Below, piece after piece: positions 24,201 to 37,100 of a DNA stretch of 62,750 nucleotides. Position numbers and translations under genes: made by a program. The notes under the pieces were generated by a model that had not been told where the DNA came from, ran no database searches, and saw only the letters and a program-made list of their open reading frames with translations. Source of the DNA: Haliotis rubra (Eukaryota); assembly GCF_003918875.1 (NCBI RefSeq), contig NW_025766155.1, forward strand, positions 1 to 62,750, written 5' to 3'. Within the stretch, counting starts at the first letter, position 1, and every line of letters starts with the position of its first letter.

Positions 24201-27200
24201 CACAGAAATATTATTCCTTGTGATGGAAACTTCGGTTAAGACAAGCAGGACATGCTTGACCTTGATTCTTTCAGAATAGTTAATCATGAGTTTATCTTGT
24301 ATGGGCAATGCAACATCGTCGCATGAGGAACTTCTCCAAATCTGGACTGACAACCCAAGTAGGTGTAACCGATAGTTGATTCTGTTTGATATGACGTATT
24401 ATACTTGAGTGTTCTACTTCTTTTGCATTTGATCACGGATGTAAGATTTAATCACGGTTTTATAGTCAGAGTATGGCATGAGAAGATGTGTCACAGATTT
24501 GTTGAGCGTTGCCTTAGCAGCAGAATCGGTCATTATGTTACCCAAAATTCCAATATGGCTGGGTAACGATGTTGTATTGGCCAGTAGCAAGATCACTATA
24601 TAATTTAATTATTTTGAGTAAATGTGGATGACACAAGACAACCATTTAATAGCATCAAGGCACGAAAGTGAGTCTGATAATATACATAGTTTTTATTTGA
24701 AATCTGTATTGATATATTTAGGAGCTGTTAATATGGCGTAAAACTCAACTCACTCACTCACTCACTCCGGTGACAAACAACGTTTCATACCTTTTCGAAT
24801 AGTCTCATGGTTGTCAGTTGACAGTATGGAGCTGATAATCCTTGCAAGAATAACAATTTCCGATCTAACCATCCCCACATTAGCCAACTATTACGACTGC
24901 CAAGAGCTGTGACATCCAAGCGTGGTTTTACACTTGGTCCGGTCTAGTAAAATCATATTTGGCGGTCGCGCAATTTGGAACCAGAACTGGTTTTTGAATA
25001 TACGCTTTCACCGGAAATCTGCTTCCGGAAGTAAGCTTGGCCCCGTCTCGCAGATCGTAAGTTGGCGCGGACAAAGGGAGCCGGGAACCAGCGTAGAACC
25101 GGAAGTAGCACCTCGCGAGACTTACGACCCTATACAATGGGGCCGTAATCATGAATTGAGCGGACCAGTAATCTCAGCACCTGTAGGAGGGTAGTTTGAT
25201 CCAGAGTATGAATTAGAAGCAGGAGAGCAGTTTTAGATAAATGGCTTTAAGATATTTGATGTACGGCAAATTAAAGACAGTAAAATGGGAGTGGAAAATA
25301 AACCCAAAGAACTTGGCCTCTTTTACAACTGTGATGGGGATGCCATTTACTTCTGGTCTTTATGTGGATTATAATTTCTACAGAAATGTATATAATTATT
25401 TCTGGGTTAAATTTTTTTAAACCAATTTGACCATCAGAAGAAGGAAGGATATACAGGCTGAATAATGTCAACGCAGTATGCAGTGTTAGGCGTACAGCAT
25501 CATCTTGAAGATTCGAATTTAGATATACAATGATGTGTATCATACGCTGGCGAACCAGGAGGAGAAAAGTAATGGTAATGACTGTACTGTCTTCAACCAA
25601 AGTTATTTGTATTTTTAAGATAGGCTTCTTGAAGACATAAGGCTGGCATTTTTAAATCCTGTATCAATAATTGTATTTTGTTGAAGTTCATTTCATGTCT
25701 TCTGCAAATTCACTGCATTATAACATATTGGACAATCATGGTGGCTCAAGCGGAGATCCAGTGAATGTGAGGGGGGATTATTCCTCCACCTGTCCTGCGA
25801 GGACGGGTATAACCTCCATGTCAGAGGCCCAAAATGGTTCTGTAGAGGAACCCTTGAGGGTGAAGGGGTGGTAGGTGTTTGTTTCCTGTTAATTTCTTTC
25901 CTTAGCCTGAGATCCAAACGTAGACTGATTGACTGGGAAAATTGGTAGTATTGTTCTGACTTGACCGGTAACAGAGGATGTTACCACAGGGCGAATGGCT
26001 GACGCAGAGTAGGTTATATTGATCAAGACGGCACCTTATTGCTCAAAAACTCTTTGGCGTCAAGCTACGACATGTTCTTTTCACAATTTAAGTTTCATTT
26101 TTTATTCCTTTTATCACACATGCACTTTAAGGCTTAATCTTTATTTCGCTCTTTATTTAGCGTTGCTACCTACATACTGGTTCCCTGTTTATGGGGCCAG
26201 TAAGAGCGCTGTTTATCACTTCACGTCGAGTTGGGCAGTAAGTAAATTTCAAATCTGCAAATTGTGCTTTAATCTCTAATGTTCTTTTGTCTACTATTAG
26301 ATTGAACAACACGTTCTCTCTACTGGTGCTGATTAAACCAAACGAGTGTGAAAATGTGTAACGTGTAATGTATAACGGAAACTCATTTGTCTCGAATATT
26401 TGCTCAGCCGTTCACGACATTGTAAGTGCCATAACAATAACCTGTGTAGAAATGGCTGAAATATTGCCGATGTGAATGAAAATATTTACTCACCCACACT
26501 GTGTAATACCATTGTTTCTTCAGCAAAATCCTGAAATGAAAGCTGCCGAAGTTCGACTGGTCAGTATCTGCCCCACGGGTGCTAAAACGGCCTTTTTTGA
26601 CATGGATGACGACCAGATCACTCAACGTGCACACTTCATAGAACAAACCGTGTTTTGCACGTGAGCATGTATTCACTTTTCTTAAGAATTGAAGAAAACT
26701 GTTGTAAAAAATGTGATGTTGCCTTCAGTAGTGAACCGATGTAATCCCCGACCTCTGATGCTGTATCCGGTTATCAAGTTATATCGACAAAACCTTTTCA
26801 ATGGAAGGGGTTTGAATCGGTTTTCAATACCCGGAAACTGTAACCCAAGGAACCACGAGTAAAGGAGGACGATAATGATGAACATGAAAAAATATAGCTG
26901 CCATTGGTGCTTTTCATTATACTTGATGTAACCCAAAAGTTCAGATTTAATCCACCAGGACCTGATGGTATTCGAAACCGATATTGGAAACTGTTTCCTT
27001 GTGTCCAAACACCACTACGTCACTGTTTGAATTCTCTCGCGGATACAGGGAATGTTACACCTTGGTTCTGCAAAAGTAGAACAATACTTCTCCCAAAGAA
27101 AGGTGACTGACTGATCCGTAAAATGTCCGCCCTACTGCGTGTCTGAATACACACACACAATACAAAATACTAACAGGGTGTCTTACAGATCTTGTGTCAT

Positions 27201-28317
27201 CCTACTGCTCTTCCAATAATATTATTTACATGGAGCAGAGAGGAGCCAGATTGGATGATGGTTTTTAAGGATCTATTGGTTTTAAAAAGAAAATTATCAT
27301 TGAAGAGTAAAAATCTAGTAACCTCTCTATATGCTGGATTGACTACAGAAAAGCCTATGATTCTGTAACCCACGAATTGATTTTGAGGTGACTAAAATGT
27401 ATCGACCACTTCAGGCGATAATTTGTTTTACTCATGTCTTTAATGAATCGCTGGTAAACTAAACTTGAGATGTATTCGCAAGGGTAGGTGCTCACCTCAA
27501 AAAACATTTCCATCAGAATAGGAATATATCAGGGTGATTCTTTTAGGCCTTAGCTTTTCTGTCTGTCACTAAATCCGTTAAGCTTTACGCTTAACCAAGA
27601 AGAGGGTTATCCTCTTGGGCCACCGCAGCACAGTTTCCCAAACCTTTTCCTCATCTCCTTTACATGGATGGCCTTGAACTGGAGAATATAAACAGCATAT
27701 GTTCTTCGCGTTGAGTCCTTTTCCAGTGACATAGGCATGTCCTCCGGAGTCAACAAATGCAACAATTCTCATGTGAAACATGGCAAGATAGAAGGAAAAT
27801 CCAAGAATTTAGGAGTCGTTATGGACCATCTCGTGGAATGCCAGGCCAATACGTACTGTTGTTATTGCATAATACTGAATTTAAGGCCTTGATTCAATTC
27901 TTGAATGTATACATGTTTCTTTGTTTGGCTATACGAGTCTGTAAGATTAACCTCATACATAGACATTATCCACAGACATTGACGATAATTGACACACTTT
28001 TCAAAAATTGAATATGTTCCCCTCTATTGGCACCAACTTCACAAAGCAACCGTAGCGATACGATTGTCGTAAGTCATTATTATGTGTTAGCGCTACGACT
28101 GCTGTGTCGAACGGGAAACTGAACAGGCATTAGTGTGTTAATGTAACGTTGTATTTGAATAGTGTTAGTGTGATGTCCGCTTCTTCTCAGGGTAGACCAG
28201 GTGGTTAGCGCATTCCTTATGGCAATGGAGGACGACACCATCAACGGCACAGCCCTCACAGTCAGAGCCAAAGAAGGTGTGGTCAAGATGAAGTTGAGCA
28301 TGGTCCCGGTGGAATAA
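21256..28317 (+). CDS. HPGD: HPGD-like classical SDR, copy B (intact, 253 aa)
   Basis: Exons 21256-21348 (93), 21808-21931 (124), 22193-22299 (107), 23467-23563 (97), 26161-26237 (77), 26524-26660 (137), 28191-28317 (127). The 762 nt splice into one open frame with TGGAQGFG, D36, NNAG, S138 and YGASK. Confidence 0.93.
22431..23363 (+). mobile_element. Internally deleted Tc1/mariner transposon in copy B intron 3
   Basis: TIRs ctgagtcaaaataacaacttcacaat / attgtgaagtttctagtttgactcag. Coding remnants MGCSRRTVYDLQTRLQQTGTGADRPRPG*PRVT and C-terminal QSMKRRCLTVVNGRGGHTRS*; the DDE core is missing. Confidence 0.85.
23610..26040 (-). mobile_element. Fragmented I-group (Nimb-like) LINE in copy B intron 4
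   Basis: On the minus strand: APE-endonuclease remnant (IQLLIQDLKMPALCLQEAYLK; LNSNLQDDAVRLTLHTALTLFSLYILPS), late-RT GIPITVVKEAKFFG, RNase H (SDSLSCLDAI; LPSHIGILGNIMTDSAAK) and a zinc-knuckle-like VKHVLL. Ends are approximate. Confidence 0.75.
26950..27800 (+). mobile_element. Fossil non-LTR retrotransposon RT (R4/Dong-like) in intron 6 (copy B)
   Basis: Frameshifted motifs PGPDGIRNRYWK, RTILLPKKGD, CLNT..YKILTG, WIDYRKAYDSV, IGIYQGDS, LFCLSLNPLS, HLLYMD. Confidence 0.85.
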
Positions 28318-29511
28318 TACCACGACACGTACCATATAAAATAGCTCCCCCAAATGCGAGAACCTAAGCAGTAGTATTAATAGTGTCCTTTCTATAAAGT
28401 TTGCGTATTTGCGTATGCTTATTAGTTTTAAGGTGAACAACAGCGTCTCAAGGTTCTCTTGGAACTGCCTTAGCTTGTTGTTAGATTTACGTAATCTAAG
28501 CAGATAAAGCAGTTATAACAAATGGTATATATAAGATGAGCTGGGAATCATTGTTATAAGGCAAATGCACTCAAACTATGGGAGATATGTATGATCGTTG
28601 CCATGTTGTGAATAAAACATATTACTTCAGTATTGTTTTGACATGTCTGTAGATCAAGAGTTTTATCCATGTGACAGGGCACCGAACACATGATTCTGAG
28701 GATTTTGCTAACAGCGGCGTAAAAGCATACTCATTCTTGTTATAGGAGTGAACTGGGTGAAATACCCAAATGTTGTATTGGTACTGAAACAAATCCTATA
28801 GAAGAAACATAAAAATAGCAAGAAAAATAGGCATCCTGCAAACTACAAAATTGGGAAGATTATAGAGATATCAATGTTAAATGAAACAGAGTATTATGAA
28901 GATCATATGACTTCCAACATACCGGTCGTCGATAATTGGGTAGTGTACCAACAGAATAGATACCAAACTGTCCCGTTAACAGCACGGACAATGTCTCGGT
29001 TTGAACAGTTGGTGGCAGGACTGTGTACAACCAGTTGAGGGAGCACACAATCCGGTTGCGACGTCCAGCTGTACGCTGTACTAGCATCGCAGAACTCTTC
29101 AGAATACAAGCCTGGGATAGTGCACTGTTCTCAGTTAAATCTGGGTTTCATCTGGTAACTCTGCAGCCTTCCAGGAGTATGTTTGAACGTCGTTTGCGTT
29201 ACACAGCGCTTTCGGTTTTGAGGGTGGAAGTGTGATGGAGTGCATTCAAGTAACACCCCGAAATAGGCATACCGTTCAAACAAACTTAAAGAGCATCTGA
29301 TTTTTTTGAAATGACAATAGATGATATGTTATGGATGATGGATGTTACAACCTGCCAAGTTTGACTTCCTTCAACATTTATACCTCCTGTAGAATAACAC
29401 GTTACATTTTCATTTAATGAAGGATACATGCATATTCACGTTAAATTAATAAAAGCGCCGTTTCTGTATACATGTCGACAGTGCAAAAACTGTTTAACTA
29501 TTAAAATAAGA

Positions 29512-29877
29512 TGAGGTGAGGGGAAATTGGGTTTAACGTCGTTCTTGAGAATATTTCGCTCATATGACGACGTGCATGCGCGTGTATGTGTAGGTGCGGC
29601 TGCTTGCACTAGCCCAGACTGAAGCTGGTTTTATAGTGCTAGCCCACTGAGATACCATGCCGCAGTGAAGCATGAATACCCCACACTCAGACACATTATA
29701 CTGACTCTGAGACGACTCCGAGTCGTCCAGTCCTTGTTGTACCCATTAATGCCGAGCGCCAGGCAGGGACCAACAAGTTCCATATTTTAACGTCTTTTGG
29801 TATGACGCGGTCGGGGATCGAACCCGCGACCTTCCGCTCTCCGGGCGGACGCTCTAACCACTACAACACGGTGGCGG
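29512..29877 (-). mobile_element. SINE family A, full length
   Basis: Reverse complement of the consensus; flanked by acta(t/g)taaaataag duplication. Confidence 0.9.
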
Positions 29878-30888
29878 TACTAGTAAAATAAGGCAAAATG
29901 TGACTGATACATATTCCTAAATCTAGCACACTGCAAAATGACTGCATTATAGACAATGGATTCTTTCATCCGTTCACCCAAACCATTTTATGTTCTTTTC
30001 AGACATATCAAGAAACAGTTTGACGTTTCTTCTTGAATTTACATGAGACTCTGATGAAGGATGTACAACATATTATGGAAAATGTGAATAAATCAAGGAC
30101 GGTATCTTTCCAGCTACCAGCTCAGTCCAACAAATTGACGTGCAAAGGAAACTGAAAGACACACCATAAAATCCCTTGCTGGCCAGGTCTTTACGTCCTG
30201 TTAGTAGGATAACAATATATAGGAAATGGATTTGGTATATACAAAGTACTGTAACATATTGGAAAACAGTTCTTAGCGTTTCTTTTTAACGCAGAATACA
30301 AGGGAGTTTATATAGGCAGAAAGAGCCATAGTGATACCGACATTATTCTTTAACGTATGGTGAACCCAAGTAGGTCAGTTAATAGACCTTTACCTCTCCA
30401 TTGAACTAATCATACCCAGATTTTGGAAATTTTAAGGTAGAGACTAGTTAATATTCTAATACTCCAAACTGAAATTCACTGTATAACGAACCTGAATTAT
30501 CTGCAGTGGGAACAAGTCCGAACAACATTGTATCCACTGTTTTCAGACCGAATTTCACTTATATCTATGAGTTGTTAAGGTGTTTTCGCCATTCCTTTCA
30601 TTGGTGCTGCAAGACTAATTCCTCGCCTGCCTTTCAATGGTAACAATGAGGGTCAGAGGTGGGTCCAGGATGTATGGAACCCTAGTCATGGCGAAGAAAA
30701 CTGCAATACAGGGGTACAGATTCATATTTACGTATAAAGCGTCTGTAAACATGTGTTAGTTGTGCAGCCTCCGCTCTGGATTCAACATCTGTTCGAATGG
30801 AGCTGAACATTTGCATAGCGAGACTTCATTATCTCTAACAATCCAGCTACCGTGTTTAGGTAGCGTTATAACCACATATGTAATGTTT

Positions 30889-31800
30889 AAGAAATACACT
30901 TCGCTCTTTATTTCCTATAGTGTAATAAAAGACACTTTTGCATCCTGAGTTATTATAGTTAAAGCACGAGGACGCTTGCGTCCGAGTGCTTAACGTTATA
31001 ATAGTTCAGGGCGAAAGTGTGTTTTATTACACTATACATGGTGGTAGGGCGAAGTGTATTTCTTTTCTAAGATGCCAAATTTAATACTTTCTAAAGATAA
31101 TTACGATTAATTTAAGGCAGAAAACAAACGACGGTGTCGGTGACCTAAATTAAGAATCCTCGCACAGGGCTAACTGGCGCGCTGTTCTATTGATGTGTCT
31201 GCCCCCTACGTTAAGACGAACGTTACCAGAAAAAAAAATGATAACAGTTTGATGACGGTTTACGTTCGGATTAAATATCTTCTCTGAATTATTTTAATTA
31301 CATCTGTCATTAACGTAAACCATATGGGGCAATATGAACGTTGCATTTCTACTACCAGCGTAAGTTTAGATCATTACATCCAGAGGAAGTTGAGTAGTCA
31401 AACGACATTCCACAATTGCATTGTGGGAATGTAAACATTACGAACGTTACCGTGTCGCTGAAAACTTGTGAGTCGAAATGACACATTTTAACCGTCGTAA
31501 AACATAAACGTAATGTTTCCACCAGTGATGTTAGCTGCGTGAAGCAACAGCAAACCAAGAAACTGGATGCAACGGTGTAGTTTACTGTAGGAGGCCGTAC
31601 GAGGCGATGACAACTGACATGCATTGTGACGTCGCTTACATTGTGACGTAATGTAAAATGGTTCGATTACGAGGGGGCACACTAGAATGGCGCAGTGACG
31701 GGATAACGTCATTCAATTGTTACGTCATCAAAAAACTATACCTTTATTGTCTGATAATGTATTTTTTTTTCGATTGTTCTAACCGCTAGGCATCTTAGAA
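30889..31800. mobile_element. Non-autonomous element with two abutting inverted-repeat pairs
   Basis: A 176-bp hairpin at 30889-31064 (aagaaatacacttcgc / gcgaagtgtatttctt) directly abuts a segment bounded by ttctaagatgcc (31065) and ggcatcttagaa (31800). Confidence 0.6.
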
Positions 31801-31873
31801 TTAGTTTTAATGAGACAATTGCGGTGTTCAGTCGACACATAGGTTAATGATAACGCTAATACTCGTTTATGTT

Positions 31874-32152
31874 TATTGATACAGCTACTCAAGGATAACC
31901 CGGTCCAGCAGTGGGCAATGTTAATGAGATCCTGGAGTTGACAGGGTCATTTGATACAGCTACACAAGGATAACCGGGTCCAGCAATTGGCAATGTTAAT
32001 GAGATCCTGGAGTTGACAGGGTCATTTGATACAGCTACACAAGGATAACCCTGTCCAGCAGTGGGCAATGTTAATGAGATCCTGGAGTTGACAGGGTCAT
32101 TTGATACAGCTACACAAGGATAACCGGGTCCAGCAATTGGCAATGTTAAGGA
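31874..32152. repeat. 75-bp minisatellite, ~3.7 copies (same family as 7655-8457)
   Basis: Same unit, at the paralogous position upstream of copy C. Confidence 0.92.
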
Positions 32153-32228
32153 GTGAAAATATCATTTTGCCGTAAATACCTCGTGGCTTCTGTCCAGTAT
32201 CTTGTCACAAAATACGATAAATGCCAAT

Positions 32229-32420
32229 GTTGTTTAACGCCGCACGCATCAATAGTCTAGCTATATGGTGATCCAGTGATCACAGCATGAGCATCGATCT
32301 ACGCAGCTGGGATATGGTGGCATGCATGTGTTAACCAAGTCAGCGAGTCTTACCACCCGATCTCGTTAGTCGCGCCTTACGACAAACATGTGTTGCTGAA
32401 GACCAATTCTAACCTGGATA
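32229..32420 (-). mobile_element. SINE family B
   Basis: tccagtgatcacagcatgagcatcgatctacgc...ttagtcgcgccttacgacaa matches the family on the minus strand. Confidence 0.78.
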
Positions 32421-33726
32421 ATAATGGGTAATAAATTCCAGTGTAAACATATACGTTTGGTCAGCAAGCCATGGCATCGAATAACCAGCCACCGAAATAT
32501 CCTTCAAATATCCGTTGCTAAGTAATCCGATTAATATAATTGTATTTCTATTGAGACCACACTTAAAGACACTACTCCACGTTTTAGCATCGCCGTATGT
32601 TTAAACATTTCCTAACCCTTTCGGGAGGACCAGTGTATTAATAATTGCACACACAAGCCTTGTAAACTCCAGAATGTATCCCAAAAGTGTCCACTCAATA
32701 GCTGTTTAGAGTGACTCGTCACTCAGCGGTGGGAGATCTTCAGGTATGTATATTGCTTTTCGCTTATTTTTTTTGTAACATGACTGTGTGAAATTTAAAA
32801 GTTCAAGGTTCAAAGATTAAAATCAGTAGAGGGCGGACTCTGAACGTAATATCGAGAGAGGCTATATATATATTCACAAACACAGCCGCCAACGTGGTAA
32901 GTAATAATTAAGAAGAACATGTTTCGAGTAACGGCATAGGATGTATTTTGTATACAGTGCGCATACTCCTACACCCGTATCTGAGCGTCTGTCTTACAGC
33001 CCAGGTACGATGTAAGCAGCAAAACCTGTAAATCCAACCCGTGAAATTCCGATTGCTATTCCTCTAGTGGTGTTGTAATCGGGAGTCTCTTGATGGTTTC
33101 TTAATAGTTATGTGGCGAGCACTGTAGACGCGCCCTTGATGTAAGGGAGATAGAAGAAGTCTACTGAAATATCATGATGGGTTTTGGCGAGGGTGTCCGT
33201 ATATGTTGTTTAATGTGCCGCATATTGGCTGTGAACAGTTGCGTCCCTTTGTTGATTGCACAGTCGAATCACATATTCACTTCACATTATCCTCGATCTG
33301 CCCATGTCGTTGGTTTTACCGATAAATTTCCAGGATAAACATCTCTTTGGTTTCCACATGGAATAAGATTGCCCAAAACGATAATCTGAAATTGTCTTTA
33401 AAGGAACGAAAAGCAAAACTGACTCACCCACCCACAGTCTGAATAATGCATGTTCCGATAGGTTATGACAACAGTATCACATATTAGTGCCACACTCCTA
33501 CAGTACCACAATGTGATACTTACCTTTCTGTTTTACTGCCCTTTGTCGACAGGCACTTATAAGAATTGTCTTGATCGCATGATCGCAAAACTGCTCCAAC
33601 GTTTTCAGTGCAATGTAAGATTTAACTCACTCACTCAGTATCCCTTTGCAAAAATCCGGTTGCAAGTTACAATGTTTGACCGTGCTTTGCATATTTATGA
33701 ATTGTTCTATTTATTGTTTGGTATAT

Positions 33727-33880
33727 AGGGGCGGTGGGGTAACGTAATGGTTAAGGCGTTTGCTCGAAAACCCGGGTTCGATTCCCAACATGGCTACAAC
33801 GTGTAAAGCCCATTTCTGGTGTCCCCTACAGTGATATTGCTGCAATATTGCTAAAAGCGGGTAAAACTAAACTCACTAAT
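33727..33880 (+). mobile_element. tRNA-derived SINE family C
   Basis: ggggcggtggggtaacgtaatggttaaggcg..ggttcgattccc..aagcccatttctggtgtcccc..ttgctaaaagcgg..aactcact. Confidence 0.82.
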
Positions 33881-34139
33881 TCTTTTGTGTATAGTTCATA
33901 TCAATTGGATAAAGGTATATGTTATATATTATACTTTATATATAATGTGCCATGTTCAAAGTTCTATGTCATGATCACCTGGTGATATTCACATTATTAG
34001 TTTCGGATCTGTTTAAAAATATAATGTTTATTCAGGCCGACAAAATCCATGTCCACTTATTACAGTCCCGCTGCACAGAATAGCATGAGTGTATATTACA
34101 CATATAATTGTTTCCACCTACAGCATACCTGAAGTCGAC

Positions 34140-37100
34140 ATGCAGCTGAAAGATAAAGTAGTGTTCATCACTGGCGGTGCACAGGGATTCGGGAGGGGTG
34201 TGGCTGAAGCAGTATTGAAGAAAGGGGGAAAGGTAAAGATGTCTTACGTGCAGTTTATTTTGAAATGCAAACAGAGCCTAAAAGGCAGGAGACCTATTGT
34301 AATCGTTCGGGTTATTATTTATTATGCCCCTGTACTTAGTTCCAGCAATAGCTCAAGAACCAGAAACATTATATTATGTTACATGAGAGGAGTGAGTGAG
34401 TAAGGGCATAAATATACACTTAAGTAATCTCTGTTGCTATGGCACTCAGGAAAAGCAGGAAGAATGCCAAAAATATAGTAACGGTGCTTTTGTTTTGCAT
34501 TCGGAACTCCCAAATTATATTTCTTTTCAAGATGACCGCCTCCGTGGTGTAGTGGTTAGAGCGTCCGCCCGGAGAGCGGAAGGTCGCGGGTTCGATCCCC
34601 GACCGCGTCATACCAAAAGACGTTAAAATATGGTACTTGTTGCGAAATATTCTCAAGCACGACGTTAAACCCAATTTCCCCTCACCTCACCTCTTTTCAA
34701 GATAGAAATAGTGGTTTCGTTTAAATGAATGATGCAATTTCATGAGATTACCTTGAACTGAGCAGGATATTAGCGGGTATAAATAAGCAACTAGTATAAC
34801 AGTCTATGTCTATTAACAAGGGCCTAAAGAAAGAACATATCCTGTCTGACATTTTATTCAGGTTTGTCTCGCAGATGTCAAGAAGGATCAAGGGGAGGCA
34901 ACTACCAAGGAACTACAAACTTCCAGTGGAGCTGATAATGTCTTTTTTTTGTGAAGTGTGACGTGACGAATGTTGCTGAGTTTGAGGGTGAGATACTAAA
35001 TAGTGAGATCACCATGGTAGCGATATTACAGCCGCAGGTGGGAATCAGCTTCAGCAATTGCTATGCCTGTATCTGGAGGCTCAGGCGGTCATAATGTTAT
35101 ATCCTTGATTGTGGTCGGCCAGATATTCAACAAACCTTATCGAATCCCGGCTTATGTGAATCATCAAGAAGCTTAAGCTTTTGCGATGTTTGTTTGCAAA
35201 GAGTTAAATGAATCTTTATTCTGGCCTCTTGTTTGGAAAAACTTTAGACATCTTGAATACCTTTTTATTTAGCAACATTCATAATATATATATATGGCTT
35301 AAGTCGGGGGTCCAGGGGATGCTTGCACAATGCAGCATACTCCTAATGGTAGTTAGAAACCTGATAGGGTTAACAAGGTCCTTCGTCCTGCCTCACATCT
35401 TAAAGTACATACAACAGTTCGTTTGGAACGTACAGTAGCTCTGGCACTGATTTCAGTACTTTTATTTTTCAAGCGCCTATTGTACACTGCCTTTATTAAC
35501 GAAGTTTGCAACAGTGCATCAAGTGCATGGGTGTTTTCGTGTTACTTTGTGACCATGAACGTCTTAAATGTTGGTCACTGTATTCGCTTCTGTAGAATTT
35601 TGCTATGTTAAAATTATTTCCTTCAACAGTGTAACACATAACGTCTATTACTATGTTGCGTTAACGGCTGACGATTTGTTCACCTTCCGTTTTTTAATCT
35701 AGATTGGTTACCTTCAGTAAATATGTAAGTATATGTATGACATTATTTGTCCAGATGCTTTCAAAGCTGCTGTCTCGAAATTTGGTCATGTTGATGTAAT
35801 GTGCAACAATGCAGGCATACTGGATGAACGGATATGGGAAAAAGAACTGGAAATCAACTTTGTAAGAGTTTGAAAATTTGTCATATGAATATCTACCATA
35901 TACCATACATCCGTTCATATGACCAGAGAATTGCTATGGATTATGATTTCCTTACAGACACAATGCTCATAGTAATTGTGCATCCTATTGTTAACATGGC
36001 AGGGTCACCTCTCTCTCTATCAAAGGATTTACAAATTTATGAATATGAACAAATCCGTCCATATGACCAGAGAATTGCTATGGTTTATAGATTTCGTAAG
36101 ACACAATACCCCTTCCCGAAAAATTGACGGGACATAGTAATTGGACATCATGCAAAAGATTGTCTATTGTGAACTCACCTCCCCCTCTCTATCTAAGGCC
36201 ATGGTCCCTAGCATAGTGATCTAACTTCAGTTGTTGGCGATCTATAGCCTGTTTTTATATTGTATTGTCCTAGTTAGGTATTTTAGTGTTTATTACTAGT
36301 TTTAAATTGAAATCTTTGATATACTAGTTGTTTTACTGTCCTTTGCTGACAGGTTTGTATAATTTACCTTTATTTATTGTAAAATTATAACTTGTTTGTA
36401 GTCACGATATGGCTGAAATATTGCCGATGTGACTTAAAATCTTAACTCACTCACTTCTTGAGTGGCATTTTTTAGAAGTTGGAGATTTGGAGAGATAGAA
36501 GCTGTATAGAAACGTTGCATCACCTGAACGAGTTGCTCATCCATAAAGTTTGTCCTTACTTATGTTTATACTCTCTTCATTGCTCTCTGCATTCAGACTG
36601 CCGTTGTGCGGGGGACCATGATGGCGCTGAATCACATGAGGAAGGATAAAGGCGGAAGAGGCGGCGTCATCATCAACACAGCGTCAACGGCAGGTATGAG
36701 GTAGTCATTCCTGTCCATTAATGTCCATTTTACTGGGTCGGGATAAGGTGTTGATGCTGCATGAGGTCTGTGTGTAATGGAATGGTTTGAGAGATGTTTG
36801 AGGAGGAGGTTGAGGAAGAGGAGTCTTCTTTGCAACTTGGCACCCTTTACTTGGTATCCACCCCCGTGAAGATCCGTGACGTAGGGTCAGGCTAGCTGAC
36901 TTGCATGTCATTGTATCCCGTATGTTCACGATGTCAATCACCGGAATGTATTTTCAAGACTAATTTTTTCACTGACCACGGTGGTTTCGCTGGAATATAG
37001 TTTACCCCTGAACAAACGACCGAGTTGTTTTCTTCACAAGGTAGCATTACATGGAGATTATGAGGTGAGGTGAGGTGAAATTGGGTTTAACGTCGTGCTT

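Noticed and set aside
34533-34610. tRNA genes (also at 40156, 29800-29877, 33727, 4250)
   Set aside because: The A/B boxes run straight into SINE bodies with tails and TSDs, and there is no properly paired acceptor stem.
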